Source: Octopus sinensis (Eukaryota). From it: a stretch of DNA of 8,361 nucleotides. The DNA lies in NCBI RefSeq assembly GCF_006345805.1, contig NW_021828447.1:1-8361 (forward strand), written 5' to 3'. The position numbers were made by a program, and so were the translations under genes. Positions 7,273-8,361 of the stretch are shown one piece after another. Under the pieces are notes generated by a model. The model saw nothing but the letters and a program-made list of their open reading frames with translations. It was not told where the DNA came from and did not search any database. How positions within the stretch are numbered: position 1 is the stretch's first letter; the number at the start of each line of letters is the position of its first letter.

Positions 7273-7674
7273 AAACAAGGTGGTAAGCTGTGAGGATCGT
7301 TAGCACGCTGGACGAAATGCTTAGCGGTATTTCGCCCGTCGCTACGTTCTGAGTTCAAATTCCGCCGAAGTCAACTTTGCCTTTTATCCTTTCGGGGTCG
7401 ATTAAATAAGTACCAGTTACGCACTGGGGTCGATATAATCGACTTAATCGCTTTGTCTATCCTTGTTTGTCCCCTCTGTGTTTAGCCCCTTGTGGGTAAT
7501 AAAGAAATAGGTATTTCGCCCGTCGCTACGTTCCGAGTTCAAATTCCGCCGAAGTCAACTTTGCCTTTTATCCTTTCGGGGTCGATAAATTAAGTACCAG
7601 TTGAATACTGAGGTGGATGTAGTTGACTAGCCCCACCCCTCAAATATCAGGCCGTGTGCCTATAATATAAAGGT
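7273..7674 (+). mobile_element. SINE family A, copy A4: full dimer with degenerate 15-bp TSD
   Basis: Left monomer to 7509, then a headless right monomer from 7510 with a different tail (gactagccccacccctcaaatatcaggccgtgtgcctataatataaagg). Flanks ttattatacttatcc (7258-7272) and ttgttatactcattc (7675-7689) match 12/15; all mismatches are transitions. Confidence 0.94.
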
Positions 7675-7740
7675 TTGTTATACTCATTCGATGTCATTTC
7701 GCTAGATTAACGAATCTTCTTGTTGTGGTTGCAACTGCTG

Positions 7741-7767
7741 TCTTCTTCTTCTTCTTCTTCTTCTTCT
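7741..7767. repeat. (TTC)n microsatellite, possibly the (GAA)n 3' tail of the adjacent minus-strand element
   Basis: Pure TTC run directly visible; the tail role is inferred. Confidence 0.9.
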
Positions 7768-7955
7768 ACCACACGCGATAGACTGGCGGTTGCACTGGCG
7801 CGAAAGCTACGTTGTTATCCTCATTCCGTAAACGGTGACTTTTAACGGGTGGAGAGCTGAACCCTCCTAGGGTACAGAGGATTCGCAATCTAGACTGGGA
7901 TCTGAAAGTTTACCACACCATAGTAGGTTACACCATGGTTCCTCTGCTTTGTGGC

Positions 7956-8148
7956 AGAAGTAGGAAAAAAGAGTGAGAGAAAGTTGTGGTGAAAGAGTAG
8001 AGCGGGGTTCACCACCCCTCCCCGCCGAAGCCTCGTGGAGCTTAGGTGTTTTTGCTCAATAAACACTCACAATGGCCGGTCTGGGAATTGAAACCGCGTT
8101 CTTACGACCGCGAGTCCGCTGCCCTAACCACTGGGCCATTGCGCCTCC
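7956..8148 (-). mobile_element. tRNA-derived SINE family C (head and central domain)
   Basis: Minus strand reads GGAGGCGCAA-TGGCCCAGTGG (canonical A box, 8138-8128)-TTAGGGCAGCGGACTCGCGGTCG...GGTTTCAATTCC (B-box-like, 8095-8084), then tgtgagtgtttattgagcaaaaacacctaagctccacgagg. Matches an octopus SINE from memory; the element may extend to 7742. Confidence 0.88.
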
Positions 8149-8361
8149 GCTGCTGCTGTTGTTGTTGATGTACAACCACTGAACATGTCTACAGAAGTTC
8201 CATAAAACCAGTAAGGTGTTGCTGTAGAAGCGATTATTTACCTGCTATTTCTAACCTAGCCTTATCCAGGTGTTGTCTCGTCAGTGTGTTCGATATTTGG
8301 TAACGGTTAGTCGGCTGAATATATATTTTGCTTTGATGTTGGAATATCTAATTAATGTGAA

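Noticed and set aside
2707-7674. CRISPR-like or prokaryotic repeat system
   Set aside because: The repeats are dispersed, hundreds of bp long and carry Pol III boxes and TSDs; there is no regular repeat-spacer array or operon-like gene content.
8075-8148. tRNA gene (also considered at 3572-3640 and the family-A heads)
   Set aside because: A and B boxes are present, but there is no acceptor stem or canonical anticodon arm, and the sequence continues into SINE bodies.

Overview
AT-rich, repeat-saturated eukaryotic non-coding DNA (intergenic or intronic). The SINE families match, from my memory, repeats of octopus genomes, so a coleoid cephalopod origin is likely but inferred. I find no supportable host protein-coding gene: the long ORFs in the track are read-throughs of microsatellites. 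The only real protein homology is a dead mariner transposase (DD34D, Bytmar1/Hsmar2-like TIRs) inside a 714-bp internally deleted element (4041-4754). There are also four copies of a dimer-capable tRNA-derived SINE (family A), one full copy and two 3' tail fragments of a second tRNA SINE (family B), one copy of a third (family C), and many microsatellites. The most notable observations are: a twin stem-loop module with conserved stems and variable loops shared by SINE families A and B; apparent homogenisation of the two halves of one SINE dimer; a SINE monomer with a perfect 16-bp TSD; a 61-72 nt hairpin of pre-miRNA size; a microhomology-joined mariner deletion; and half of a Penelope-type hammerhead core. 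The sequence alone does not demonstrate a new biological system; these are leads.
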